Source of the DNA: Bacteroidota bacterium
GTDB taxonomy: Bacteria; Bacteroidota; Bacteroidia; Bacteroidales; UBA12077
DNA length: 55,338 bases
Assembly (NCBI GenBank): GCA_020049295.1
Contig: JAIFLC010000024.1
Span: 1-55,338, forward strand
Direction: 5' to 3'
A program made the position numbers and the translations under genes. The notes beneath the pieces were generated by a model. It did not search any database and was not told the DNA's origin. It saw nothing but the letters and a program-made list of their open reading frames with translations. Shown here piece by piece: positions 19,564 to 29,529 of the stretch; within the stretch, counting starts at the first letter, position 1; every line of letters begins with the position of its first letter.

Positions 19564-21549
19564 TTATTTTCTTTTTGTTCGTGGACGTTTTCCTGATGAT
19601 TCCGATCTTTTAGATGTTGTATCTCTATCGAATTGTTTCCATTCAGGGCGCTCTCTTCCTGAAGATTTCTGTTCTGGACGTTCTCGGTCAGAAGTTCTTC
19701 TTAATGGACGATCTCCTCCTTCAGACGATCTGCGCTCTGAATGACCTCTGTCAGATGATCTTCGTTCAGGCCTTTCTCTATCAAATGATCTGCGTTCCGA
19801 ACGTTCTCTTCCAAAAGGTTTTCTGTCACTTCGGTCTGAATCACCAGAAGGTTTTTCGTTGGCAACTTCTGAACTTACTTTAACACCATCGAAATTAGCA
19901 CTATTTAATCCTTCAATCACCTTATTTGTGTATTGTTCGTCAATCTCAAAGAATGAAAATGATTTCAAAATATCGATTCTGCCAATAGGAATATTTTTGT
20001 CGTGAGTAGCTTCGTTGACCAATCCCATTAGTCTTTGTGGGTTTAAACCCTGATTTTTACCAATATTTACAAATAAGCGTTTAAAATCTTTCGATCTGCT
20101 ATCACCTCTATCACCTCTGTCGCCTCTTTCTCCTCTTTCTCCTCTTTCGCTTCTTTCACCTCGTCTACCTCTGTCTCTGCCCCCATTTCTATCTCTGTCT
20201 CTATATTCGCTGAACTTTTCATCAGGAGCATTTAAATCAGTTGCATTTTTATAGTATTCTAAAAAACGGTTAAACTCCAAAGAAACAAAGTGTTTAATCA
20301 AATCATCTCGTTCGAGCCACTCAAGCTTCTTATTCACTTCGGGTAAAAACTCTTCAATTAATTCATGATTAACTTCAACTTTTTCCATCTTTTCGATTAA
20401 ATGAAAAAGTTGTTTTTTACATATTTCCTTCCCTGTTGGAACAGCAAGTACTTCAAATTTCTTATTTATTTTTTTCTCAATTTCTTTAATTCTGTATTTC
20501 TCTTTCATATGCACAATAGCAATAGAAATACCAGCTTTACCTGCACGACCAGTACGTCCACTGCGGTGTGTATATACTTCCATATCATCAGGTAGGTTGT
20601 AATTGATAACATGAGTTAAATCGTTTACATCGAGTCCTCGTGCAGCAACATCGGTAGCAACAAGCATCTGTAAATTTTTTGATCTGAAACGATTCATCAC
20701 CTGGTCACGCTGAGCTTGCGATAAATCACCATGCAACGCATCGGCATTATAACCATCTTTAATAAGCCACTCGGCAACTTCTTTAGTTTCCATTCGAGTA
20801 CGGCAAAATATGATTCCATAAATATCAGGGTTCATATCGGCAATACGCTTTAATGCTAAATAGCGGTCGCGAGCTTGAACCAAATAATAAGCATGTTTGA
20901 TATTTTCTGCACCTTCATTTCTATTTCCGACAGTAATCTCAATTGGATTACTCATATATTTTTTTGCTATTGTAGCCACCTCTCTTGGCATAGTAGCCGA
21001 GAAAAGAAGAGTTCTATGATCTGTAGGAACAGATTCAAGAATTTCATTCAAATCATCACGAAAACCCATGTTCAGCATTTCATCAGCCTCATCAAGTACA
21101 ACCGTTTTAACAGCTGTAATATCTGCAGTACGACGATGAATTAAATCAAGAATTCGACCCGGAGTAGCAACAATGATATGAACTCCCATTCGTAATCCAC
21201 GAATCTGGGCATCGATATTTGCTCCACCATATACGGGCAATATCTTTATACCTTTCATATACTTTGAATAAGCCATCAGATCTTTTGCAATCTGAACACA
21301 TAACTCACGTGTAGGCGACAAAATAAGTGCTTGTGGAAATTTATCAGCAGTATTTATTAGCTGAAGAATTGGTAATCCAAAAGCAGCAGTTTTACCTGTT
21401 CCTGTTTGTGCTAAAGCAACAATATCGTTTGATTTTTCAAGTAAGGCCGGAATTACTTGTGTTTGGACCGGCATGGGCTCGGCAAAGCCCAAATCATTAA
21501 TGCCTTGCAGGATATCTTGGTTGATACCCAGCGCTTCAAATTTATTCAT
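19564..21549 (-). CDS. DEAD-box RNA helicase (DeaD/CsdA-like, with DbpA-type RNA-binding domain)
   Basis: AQTGTGKT, PTREL, DEAD, SAT, HRSGRTGRAG; R/D/E-rich tail. Confidence 0.96.
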   Translation of the reverse strand: MNKFEALGINQDILQGINDLGFAEPMPVQTQVIPALLEKSNDIVALAQTGTGKTAAFGLPILQLINTADKFPQALILSPTRELCVQIAKDLMAYSKYMKGIKILPVYGGANIDAQIRGLRMGVHIIVATPGRILDLIHRRTADITAVKTVVLDEADEMLNMGFRDDLNEILESVPTDHRTLLFSATMPREVATIAKKYMSNPIEITVGNRNEGAENIKHAYYLVQARDRYLALKRIADMNPDIYGIIFCRTRMETKEVAEWLIKDGYNADALHGDLSQAQRDQVMNRFRSKNLQMLVATDVAARGLDVNDLTHVINYNLPDDMEVYTHRSGRTGRAGKAGISIAIVHMKEKYRIKEIEKKINKKFEVLAVPTGKEICKKQLFHLIEKMEKVEVNHELIEEFLPEVNKKLEWLERDDLIKHFVSLEFNRFLEYYKNATDLNAPDEKFSEYRDRDRNGGRDRGRRGERSERGERGERGDRGDRGDSRSKDFKRLFVNIGKNQGLNPQRLMGLVNEATHDKNIPIGRIDILKSFSFFEIDEQYTNKVIEGLNSANFDGVKVSSEVANEKPSGDSDRSDRKPFGRERSERRSFDRERPERRSSDRGHSERRSSEGGDRPLRRTSDRERPEQKSSGRERPEWKQFDRDTTSKRSESSGKRPRTKRK

Positions 21550-21642
21550 TTTTTAAGTTTTTCTGTGCTGTTAGGCGCACTAGCTAAGCCAACAGCCAGA
21601 AAGCACCCCCAATAAACACTAATTAATAAGGGCGCAAAGGTA
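21550..21642 (-). promoter_or_regulatory. Promoter box (TACCTTTG) and structured 5' leader of the helicase
   Basis: caaaggta at 21635-21642; imperfect inverted repeat 21560-21575 / 21589-21602. Confidence 0.6.
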
Positions 21643-21784
21643 TAATAATATTTTGATTTTGAACTATATAATCAGAATAAATTATAAATTAGTTGATTAC
21701 AATTTTAATTATTGAATCTGAATCATCCATAATAAGTACTATCTTTGGAATAGTAATGATTAAATAAAAACCTTTTTTAAAAAG

Positions 21785-22432
21785 ATGGGTATCAAATCAA
21801 AAACTAACAAACAAAAGAAATCTGAAGAGATTATAAATAGCACTTCCCATGGTATTGGTTTGCTCCTTGCTTTTGCTTGTACTACTTTACTAATTATAAA
21901 AGCTGTATACCACGGCACTGCATGGCATATTGTAACTTTCAGTATATTTGGAGCCGGGTTAATTAATCTTTATGCAGCATCTACACTGTTTCATAGCGTA
22001 ACAAATATAAAAACTAAGTTTAAGCTAAACCGATTCGACCATTCATCAATTTATGTTTTAATTGCAGCAACATATACACCATTCGCTCTGATAGGAATAA
22101 AGGGTGCATTTGGATGGGTAATCTTTGGACTCGTTTGGAGTATGGCTATTGCAGGGGTTATTTTTAAAGTCTGGTTTTATTCACCCAAGTATCGTAGCAT
22201 TTCAGCCTGGTTATATGTAATTATGGGATGGACAGGGATTATTGCAATTGTTCCAATCATTAACCATTATCCTGCATCATCGCTTTGGTTTTTATTGGCT
22301 GGTTGTTTATCTTACATGTGTGGAGTAATATTTTATCTCATAGAAAAAATTCCTTACGGACATGGAATCTTTCACTTATTCATATTAGGTGGAAGCATTT
22401 GTCACTTCTTTTCGTTGATGTTTTTAATTTAA
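21785..22432 (+). CDS. Hemolysin III / PAQR family membrane protein
   Basis: EEIINSTSH, STLFH, DHSSIYVLIAATYTP, HGIFHLF; about 7 TM. Confidence 0.93.
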   Translation: MGIKSKTNKQKKSEEIINSTSHGIGLLLAFACTTLLIIKAVYHGTAWHIVTFSIFGAGLINLYAASTLFHSVTNIKTKFKLNRFDHSSIYVLIAATYTPFALIGIKGAFGWVIFGLVWSMAIAGVIFKVWFYSPKYRSISAWLYVIMGWTGIIAIVPIINHYPASSLWFLLAGCLSYMCGVIFYLIEKIPYGHGIFHLFILGGSICHFFSLMFLI

Positions 22433-22582
22433 TAGACTTCATCACTTAACTATAATAAATAATTATCAATTCTTAATTTTTATTTACTATTTGAACATAG
22501 AATAATTGTTAATAAAGAATCAATACAAATTCTGTCTTATCAATGGTTTTTTTTAAATTTACAAGTTACTAAAACACTTCGT

Positions 22583-23047
22583 ATGAAAATCATTAAAACA
22601 GGAGATATAGCCCCCAATTTTAAGGGTATCAACCAAAATAGCGAACCCATTTCATTAGCACAATTTAAAGGGAAAAAAGTAGTGGTTTATTTTTACCCTA
22701 AAGACAATACTCCAGGTTGTACTGCCGAAGCATGCAATTTGCGAGATAATTTCGATGAACTTATAAAAAAAGGATTTCAAATAATTGGTATTAGTCCCGA
22801 TTCGGTTATATCACACAAGAAATTTGCTGATAAATACAACCTTCCTTTCAATTTAATTTCGGATACCGAAAAAACAATTCTTAAAACCTACAATGCATGG
22901 GGCGAAAAGAAAATGTATGGCAAAACCTACGAAGGAGTATTACGAAAAACATTTATTATTAACGAAGATCAGAAAATTGAAAAAATTATTGAAAAAGTCG
23001 ATACAAAAGATCATACAAATCAGATATACAAAGAATTAAATATTTAA
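22583..23047 (+). CDS. bcp: Thioredoxin-dependent thiol peroxidase (Bcp)
   Basis: [16 protein letters not shown]. Confidence 0.95.
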   Translation: MKIIKTGDIAPNFKGINQNSEPISLAQFKGKKVVVYFYPKDNTPGCTAEACNLRDNFDELIKKGFQIIGISPDSVISHKKFADKYNLPFNLISDTEKTILKTYNAWGEKKMYGKTYEGVLRKTFIINEDQKIEKIIEKVDTKDHTNQIYKELNI

Positions 23048-23058
23048 TAAATATAAAC

Positions 23059-24087
23059 ATGGAGAAAGAGAAAACAAAAAAAGAAGTAAGCGTAAACTCA
23101 GAAAAGCTTAAAGCACTTCAATTAACATTGGATAAAATTGATAAAGATTATGGCAAAGGAACCATAATGAAAATGGGTGATAAGGCTGTAGCTGATGTTC
23201 CAACCATTTCAACAGGTTCTATTTCACTTGATGTAGCATTGGGAATCGGTGGTTTACCAAGAGGTCGTGTAACAGAAATTTATGGACCCGAATCTTCAGG
23301 AAAAACAACGCTTGCAATACATGTAATTGCAGAAGCACAAAAAGTAGGTGGAATAGCAGCAATTATTGATGCTGAGCATGCTTTCGACCGCTTTTATGCC
23401 GAAAAACTAGGTGTTGATGTTGAAAACCTACTTATTTCGCAACCCGACAATGGTGAGCAAGCACTTGAAATTACCGATCATCTTATTCGTTCAGGAGCAA
23501 TTGATGTAATTGTTATCGACTCGGTAGCTGCATTAACTCCAAAAGCCGAAATTGAAGGCGAAATGGGCGATTCAAAAATGGGATTGCAGGCTCGTCTAAT
23601 GTCCCAGGCCCTAAGAAAGCTTACTGCAAACATTAACAAAACAAATACTTGCTGCATTTTCATCAACCAATTACGTGATAAAATTGGTGTGATGTTTGGT
23701 AGCCCTGAGACAACAACAGGTGGTAATGCGCTGAAATTTTATGCGACCATTCGTATTGATATCAGAAGAATAGGACAAATAAAAGATGGCGAAGAAATTT
23801 CGGGTAACCGCACAAAAGTAAAAATTGTTAAAAACAAACTTGCACCACCATTTAAAAAAGCCGAATTTGATATCATGTATGGTGAAGGAATCTCAAAAAT
23901 CGGCGAAATTATTGATATCGGAGCCGAACTAAATGTTATTAAGAAAAGTGGGTCATGGTTTAGTTATGGCGATACAAAACTAGGACAAGGACGTGATGCT
24001 GTTAAACAATTATTAAAAGACAATCCGGAACTTGCAGACGAACTCGAAAAGAAAATTAAAGAACAATATGCATCTAATACCAAATAA
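23059..24087 (+). CDS. recA: Recombinase A
   Basis: [33 protein letters not shown]. Confidence 0.99.
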   Translation: MEKEKTKKEVSVNSEKLKALQLTLDKIDKDYGKGTIMKMGDKAVADVPTISTGSISLDVALGIGGLPRGRVTEIYGPESSGKTTLAIHVIAEAQKVGGIAAIIDAEHAFDRFYAEKLGVDVENLLISQPDNGEQALEITDHLIRSGAIDVIVIDSVAALTPKAEIEGEMGDSKMGLQARLMSQALRKLTANINKTNTCCIFINQLRDKIGVMFGSPETTTGGNALKFYATIRIDIRRIGQIKDGEEISGNRTKVKIVKNKLAPPFKKAEFDIMYGEGISKIGEIIDIGAELNVIKKSGSWFSYGDTKLGQGRDAVKQLLKDNPELADELEKKIKEQYASNTK

Positions 24088-24091
24088 CATT

Positions 24092-26182
24092 ATGAAAAAG
24101 ATTCAACTTTTATTCTTTGTTGTTTTTATATCTCTGTTATTTTCATGCAAGAAAGATACAGAAGTAAAAACAGAAATAAACAATCCAGTTGATCAAATAA
24201 AACTTACTTCGGACATTATGACTCCAGAAGCTCTATGGGCTTTTGGTCGTGTAAGCGAGGTACAAGTTTCGCCCGATGAAAAAACAATTTTATTTTGTGT
24301 TTCATTTTATGATATCGAAAAAAATAAAGGAAACAGAGAATTATTTACTATGCCTGTGGAAGGCGGTAAAGCAATAAATATTACCAATACCGAAGGAGGC
24401 GAATCTGGTCATATATGGAGACCTGATGGTAAGAAAATCGGTTTTTTAAGTCCCGAAAGTGGTTCACTTCAAATGTGGGAAATGGATCCTGATGGCAAAA
24501 ACAGAGTTCCAATTTCGAATATCGATGGTGGTTTAAATGGATTTAAATATTCACCCGACCAATCCAAAATTGTGTTTATAAAAGATATAAAAATTGATAA
24601 GTCTGTTACCGACATTTATCCTGATCTTCCAAAAGCAAATGCCCGAATTGAAACAGATCTTATGTACCGACATTGGGATCGATGGAGCGATTATACCTAT
24701 AGCCATGTGTTTTATGCTGATTATAATGGTATTGTTCTTTCAAACATAGTCGACATAATGGAAGGCGAACGTTTTGATAGTCCGCTCAAACCTTCTGGCG
24801 GAATGGAACAGATTAATTGGTCCCCAGATGGCAAGTCGATTGCTTATACCACAAAACGACTTGTAGGCAAAGCATATTCTCTCTCTACCAATTCTGATAT
24901 TTTCATTTATAATCTTGAATCAAAAGAAACGACAAATATCTCTGAAGGTCATATGGGTTATGATGTATCTCCTGTTTACTCCCCAGATGGCAAAAAAATT
25001 GCCTGGGAAAGCATGAAAAGAGATGGCTACGAGGCAGATAAAAACAGAATATTTATTTATGATATCGATACAAAAGGAATTCAGGATTATTCTGTAAATT
25101 TTGATCAGAATGCTCATAGCCTGGCATGGACAAGTGATAATGCATATATTTATTTTTATAGTGATTTTCAGGCAAGATATCAGATATATAAGCTAAATAT
25201 TGCAACCAAAGAAATCACGCAGGTTACAAAAGGCGATCATAATTATCAGTCGGTAACACCATTAAAGAATGTCCTAATTGGTGCAAAACAATCTATCTCA
25301 ATGCCAACTGAAATTTATAGTATAAATCCTGAAACAGGAGAAGAAACACAACTTTCATTTATTAATAAAAATCTGTTGGATCAACTAAGCTTTGGTAAAG
25401 TTGAAGAACGTTGGATTAAAACCACCGATAACAAACAAATGCTGGTTTGGGTAATTTATCCACCCAAATTTGATCCGAATAAAAAATATCCTGCAATATT
25501 ATATTGCCAGGGAGGACCACAATCATCGGTAAGCCAGTTTTTCTCATATCGATGGAATTTTCAAATGATGGCAGCAAATGACTATATTGTTGTTGCTCCA
25601 AACAGAAGAGGAGTTCCTTCGTTTGGTTCTGAATGGAACGAGCAGATTAGTAAAGATTATGGTGGCCAGAACATGAAAGATTACTTAAGCGCAATAGATG
25701 CAATTGCTGCCGAACCTTTTGTGGATAACAAAAACCTTGGTTGCGTTGGTGCAAGCTATGGAGGTTTTTCTGCTTTCTGGCTGGCTGGAAACCACAATAA
25801 ACGATTCGATGCTTTTATTGCTCATGATGGAATGTTTAATCTCGAAGCCCAATATCTCGAAACTGAAGAAATGTTCTTTGTAAACTGGGATCTTGGCGGA
25901 CCTTACTGGGAACAAGCAAATAAAAACTCATTCGACAATTCACCCCATCGGTTTGTTGATAAATGGGACACTCCTATTATGATTGTTCATGGTGAGCAGG
26001 ATTTCAGAATTGCCTTTACTCAAGGGATGAGTGCATTTAATGCAGCTCAGCTACGCGGAATACCAAGCAAATATTTACATTTTCATAATGAGAATCACTG
26101 GGTATTGCAACCTCAAAACGGTATTTTATGGCAACGCGAATTCTTTGGCTGGCTCGATCAATGGTTAAAAGATGAGGATTAA
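24092..26182 (+). CDS. S9-family peptidase (dipeptidyl-peptidase 5-like) lipoprotein
   Basis: Lipobox LFSC, SPDG propeller repeats, GASYGG nucleophile, ENHW; ATG at 24092 just after the recA stop. Confidence 0.92.
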   Translation: MKKIQLLFFVVFISLLFSCKKDTEVKTEINNPVDQIKLTSDIMTPEALWAFGRVSEVQVSPDEKTILFCVSFYDIEKNKGNRELFTMPVEGGKAINITNTEGGESGHIWRPDGKKIGFLSPESGSLQMWEMDPDGKNRVPISNIDGGLNGFKYSPDQSKIVFIKDIKIDKSVTDIYPDLPKANARIETDLMYRHWDRWSDYTYSHVFYADYNGIVLSNIVDIMEGERFDSPLKPSGGMEQINWSPDGKSIAYTTKRLVGKAYSLSTNSDIFIYNLESKETTNISEGHMGYDVSPVYSPDGKKIAWESMKRDGYEADKNRIFIYDIDTKGIQDYSVNFDQNAHSLAWTSDNAYIYFYSDFQARYQIYKLNIATKEITQVTKGDHNYQSVTPLKNVLIGAKQSISMPTEIYSINPETGEETQLSFINKNLLDQLSFGKVEERWIKTTDNKQMLVWVIYPPKFDPNKKYPAILYCQGGPQSSVSQFFSYRWNFQMMAANDYIVVAPNRRGVPSFGSEWNEQISKDYGGQNMKDYLSAIDAIAAEPFVDNKNLGCVGASYGGFSAFWLAGNHNKRFDAFIAHDGMFNLEAQYLETEEMFFVNWDLGGPYWEQANKNSFDNSPHRFVDKWDTPIMIVHGEQDFRIAFTQGMSAFNAAQLRGIPSKYLHFHNENHWVLQPQNGILWQREFFGWLDQWLKDED

Positions 26183-26186
26183 ATTA

Positions 26187-26214
26187 CAAAAGACCGGTTT
26201 TTACCGGTCTTTTG
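26187..26214 (+). terminator. Intrinsic terminator
   Basis: Perfect inverted repeat caaaagaccggt-tttt-accggtcttttg. Confidence 0.85.
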
Positions 26215-26264
26215 CTTTTCATAATAAAATCCAGTAAATTTAAAAAACTAAAGAATCATTAAAA

Positions 26265-26669
26265 ATGAATACAGCCGTTCAGAATATCGTTCATTTCCTT
26301 TTGATGATCGTATTTCTGATTATTTATTTACTTGCCTTTATAATTATTAAACCGTTTTTAATAAATCATAAGCGAAAAATATCAACACTGCTGCTCAAAA
26401 TAAGTTATTTGATATACCTTCTGGTTTTACTCGTATTTGTCTACCTATTTATGTTTTTTGGCCCAGCCGATATTGAATATCAGATTAGCAATTTGCTTTT
26501 CCTTATTTTATTGTTGGGATTATTTCTTCCAAACTTTGGAATTCTTCTTAGGAGAAATTTTGAAAAGTACAGAACAGAATACAATTACACATTTACTTTA
26601 ATCAATGTTATTATCTTGACTTTTATCCTTATAAAGCTAATACAACATAATTGGTTTCTGGTAAATTAA
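26265..26669 (+). CDS. Hypothetical 4-TM membrane protein
   Basis: 134 aa with four hydrophobic segments. Confidence 0.75.
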   Translation: MNTAVQNIVHFLLMIVFLIIYLLAFIIIKPFLINHKRKISTLLLKISYLIYLLVLLVFVYLFMFFGPADIEYQISNLLFLILLLGLFLPNFGILLRRNFEKYRTEYNYTFTLINVIILTFILIKLIQHNWFLVN

Positions 26670-27586
26670 TCATTAAAAAGTTTTTTTACCCTATCCATTT
26701 TCTCTTGCAAACTTGCATATCCATCGAGCCAATGTATTTCTATACCATCTCGCTCCATTTTTCTGAACCATGTCATCTGTCTTTTTGCAAACTGATGTAT
26801 AGCTGTTTCTAGCTTTGCAAACATATCTTCATATGAGAGTTCACCCAAAATATGTTGGGTAATAAACTTATACTCTAATCCATAATAAAGAATATCTTCA
26901 GCAGTTATTCCTTTTGTTAACAAAGATTTTACCTCATCAATCAACCCTTCATCTAATCGTTGTTTTAGTCGTTGGGTAATTCTCCGTCGTTGGGATTGAC
27001 GGTCAAATTTTAAACCTATATTGAGTGAGTTTATTTTAGGAAAATCATCTTTTGGTGGAGGATTCATGGAATAAAAACTTTCAATTTCTATTGCTCTGAT
27101 CATCCTTTTTCGTGTATCAATATCCGTTTTATTATGAAGCTTTTTTATTGAATCCAGTATTTTAATTAGCTCTTCATCTGATTTCTCCAAAAGTTCCTTA
27201 CGTAAATCCTCATTTACCGGAACATTAATCAATCTATAGCCTTTAAGAATCGATTCGATATACATACCTGATCCACCACAAAGAACCGGAAGTTTATGTC
27301 GTGAATGAATATCGTTAAACACGATAATAAAATCACGTTGATATTCATAAACATTATATTTATAACCAGCATCAACAATATCAATCAAATGATATGGAAT
27401 TGAATTTCCTGAAACAGAATAATCTGCAATATCTTTTCCTGTTCCGATATCCATTCCTCTATAAACCTGGCGCGAGTCAGCACTAATTATTTCTCCATCA
27501 AAGGCATTAGCTAAATGTGCAGCCAACGAAGTTTTACCTCCAGCAGTAGGACCTAATACAGTTAATAAATTATATTTTTGACTCAT
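26666..27586 (-). CDS. miaA: tRNA dimethylallyltransferase
   Basis: GPTAGGKT, SADSRQVY, GGSGMY, FAKRQMTWF. Confidence 0.96.
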   Translation of the reverse strand: MSQKYNLLTVLGPTAGGKTSLAAHLANAFDGEIISADSRQVYRGMDIGTGKDIADYSVSGNSIPYHLIDIVDAGYKYNVYEYQRDFIIVFNDIHSRHKLPVLCGGSGMYIESILKGYRLINVPVNEDLRKELLEKSDEELIKILDSIKKLHNKTDIDTRKRMIRAIEIESFYSMNPPPKDDFPKINSLNIGLKFDRQSQRRRITQRLKQRLDEGLIDEVKSLLTKGITAEDILYYGLEYKFITQHILGELSYEDMFAKLETAIHQFAKRQMTWFRKMERDGIEIHWLDGYASLQEKMDRVKKLFND

Positions 27587-27696
27587 GTTGCTAAATTATA
27601 GAAACTTTTTAGAGTTCTCACATATGCAGGTCTTTTATTAAGACATAAAAAATTAGTATTATTGCATACTTATATTTGACTGCAGGGTTATAATTT

Positions 27697-28146
27697 ATGC
27701 AAAAATCCATTAACATAAAAAACAAAAAGGCATCTTTCAGCTACGAGTTTATTGACAAGTATATTGCCGGAATAAAGCTTACAGGTACTGAGATTAAATC
27801 AATCAGAGGGGGAAAAGCAAACCTTATTGATACATATTGCTATTATGTTGATCATGAATTGTACGTGCGAGGATTAAACATTTCGGAGTATACATATGGA
27901 ACACATTACAATCACGAACCAAAGCGTGATCGCAAACTTTTACTTACACGCCGCGAGCTTAATAAACTTGAACGAAAGGTTTCCGAAAAAGGATTAACCA
28001 TTGTTGCTTTAAGCTTATTTATTAATGAAAAAGGATGGGCAAAGCTCGAAATAGCTCTTGCAAAAGGCAAGCAGGAATTTGATAAACGCGAAAATATTAA
28101 GAAAAAAGACGTTGAACGAGATATGGATCGCCTAAAAAAACGTTAA
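27697..28146 (+). CDS. smpB: SsrA-binding protein
   Basis: [27 protein letters not shown]. Confidence 0.97.
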   Translation: MQKSINIKNKKASFSYEFIDKYIAGIKLTGTEIKSIRGGKANLIDTYCYYVDHELYVRGLNISEYTYGTHYNHEPKRDRKLLLTRRELNKLERKVSEKGLTIVALSLFINEKGWAKLEIALAKGKQEFDKRENIKKKDVERDMDRLKKR

Positions 28147-28163
28147 TTCTTAAAGGTGCTGAA

Positions 28164-29504
28164 CTACTGAGCAAAAAAGAAATCATTCAATTCATAGATA
28201 TCATCTGGTTTAAAATCAGATTCGTCCGAATCAAAAAATCTATTGATAGCCTTTAACAACTCATCAAACGAGATATAATTATCATTATCAATATCAAGTT
28301 TTTTAAATTTTTCTGGTATTTCAACATTCGACATTTGAGAATACTTTGACCAGCCCAAACCAATAGGAATCATATATGTTTCTGACCTTCCTACAGCAGT
28401 ATAACTCTGTAATAAACCAGCAAGTATTTCATCACCAGTCATTTGCACACCATGTTCATTTACAATAGCACCAGTAATAGAGCTAGGATCTTTATCAATA
28501 TAATCAGCAACACCGTCTCTATCAAGATCAATAGGACATCCTACTGAATCTACTTCAACACCTGCAGGTGTATCAAAACAATCATCATTTAAGTCTAGAA
28601 CATCATCATGATCATTATCCGCAATTAAATTATAATCAAAATCACCTGTGATATCCATAAACAGCTCTTCAATCATTTTCGTTTTTGGATCGGAGAATAA
28701 GTCAATATTTATACTTGCATAACTCATAGAAAACATATCTCTTTTGGAATCTCCAATTCGTCCCTTTGTATTGCTTGAGCTAACATCATCTATTTGGTCG
28801 TAAAAAGTATAATGTAATGATGTTGCTATTTTTAAAATTACACGATTACTGATCTTAAAATCAATACCAGCATCAGCAACCAAGGCAGGAACACCTTGCG
28901 AATAGCTATCATTCCCGAAACGATTAATTTTCTCGATCGGTGTTTCGTAATTATAATCGCGTTTTGATAACTGATCGTTTACACGTATAGTACCATCAGG
29001 AAAATACTGATAAGCTCCAAGGCTATTGTTTATATCTGTATTATTCGAGCTAATCGAAAAATACTCAGCTCCAATTGATAAGAATGGTCTAAGCATTCTT
29101 TCGCTTTTAAACAAATGGCCAAAGTTATACTCGAAGTTTATTCCGAAACTTGTAATCTCGGCCATAAAATTTAAGTTTTTTGATGTATCACTGTATGATC
29201 GCTCATATCCCGACATGGTGCCAAATAAAACATTCAGGTTTGCTTTCCAGTAATGTTTTTTTCCAAGGGGCATATATACATTAAAACGGTAAGATGGATT
29301 TCCTTGTAAAATATTTTTTGTATCATTTTTTAGTTCACCATAATAATTAATAAATCCAGCTCCAAGGCCAATTACAGGCATATAAACAGGATTTTCAACT
29401 TCAACCTCACGCATCAATAATTCTTCGTATCCACCTTGGGCAAATAACAATTGAATACTAAAAATTAAAATTAGTAATAGAGTAATTTTTTTAATTAATC
29501 TCAT
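28164..29504 (-). CDS. Outer-membrane beta-barrel protein with TSP3-like Ca-binding repeats and C-terminal EF-hand
   Basis: Signal peptide; barrel-like N-half; DNDHDDVLDLNDDC...GCPIDLDRDGVADYID; DIDNDNYISFDE. Confidence 0.7.
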   Translation of the reverse strand: MRLIKKITLLLILIFSIQLLFAQGGYEELLMREVEVENPVYMPVIGLGAGFINYYGELKNDTKNILQGNPSYRFNVYMPLGKKHYWKANLNVLFGTMSGYERSYSDTSKNLNFMAEITSFGINFEYNFGHLFKSERMLRPFLSIGAEYFSISSNNTDINNSLGAYQYFPDGTIRVNDQLSKRDYNYETPIEKINRFGNDSYSQGVPALVADAGIDFKISNRVILKIATSLHYTFYDQIDDVSSSNTKGRIGDSKRDMFSMSYASINIDLFSDPKTKMIEELFMDITGDFDYNLIADNDHDDVLDLNDDCFDTPAGVEVDSVGCPIDLDRDGVADYIDKDPSSITGAIVNEHGVQMTGDEILAGLLQSYTAVGRSETYMIPIGLGWSKYSQMSNVEIPEKFKKLDIDNDNYISFDELLKAINRFFDSDESDFKPDDIYELNDFFFAQ

Positions 29505-29529
29505 GGTGAAAGATTAAAATTTTAAGTTA

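Noticed and set aside
26666-26669. Convergent genes sharing a TTAA stop
   Set aside because: Common in compact AT-rich genomes.
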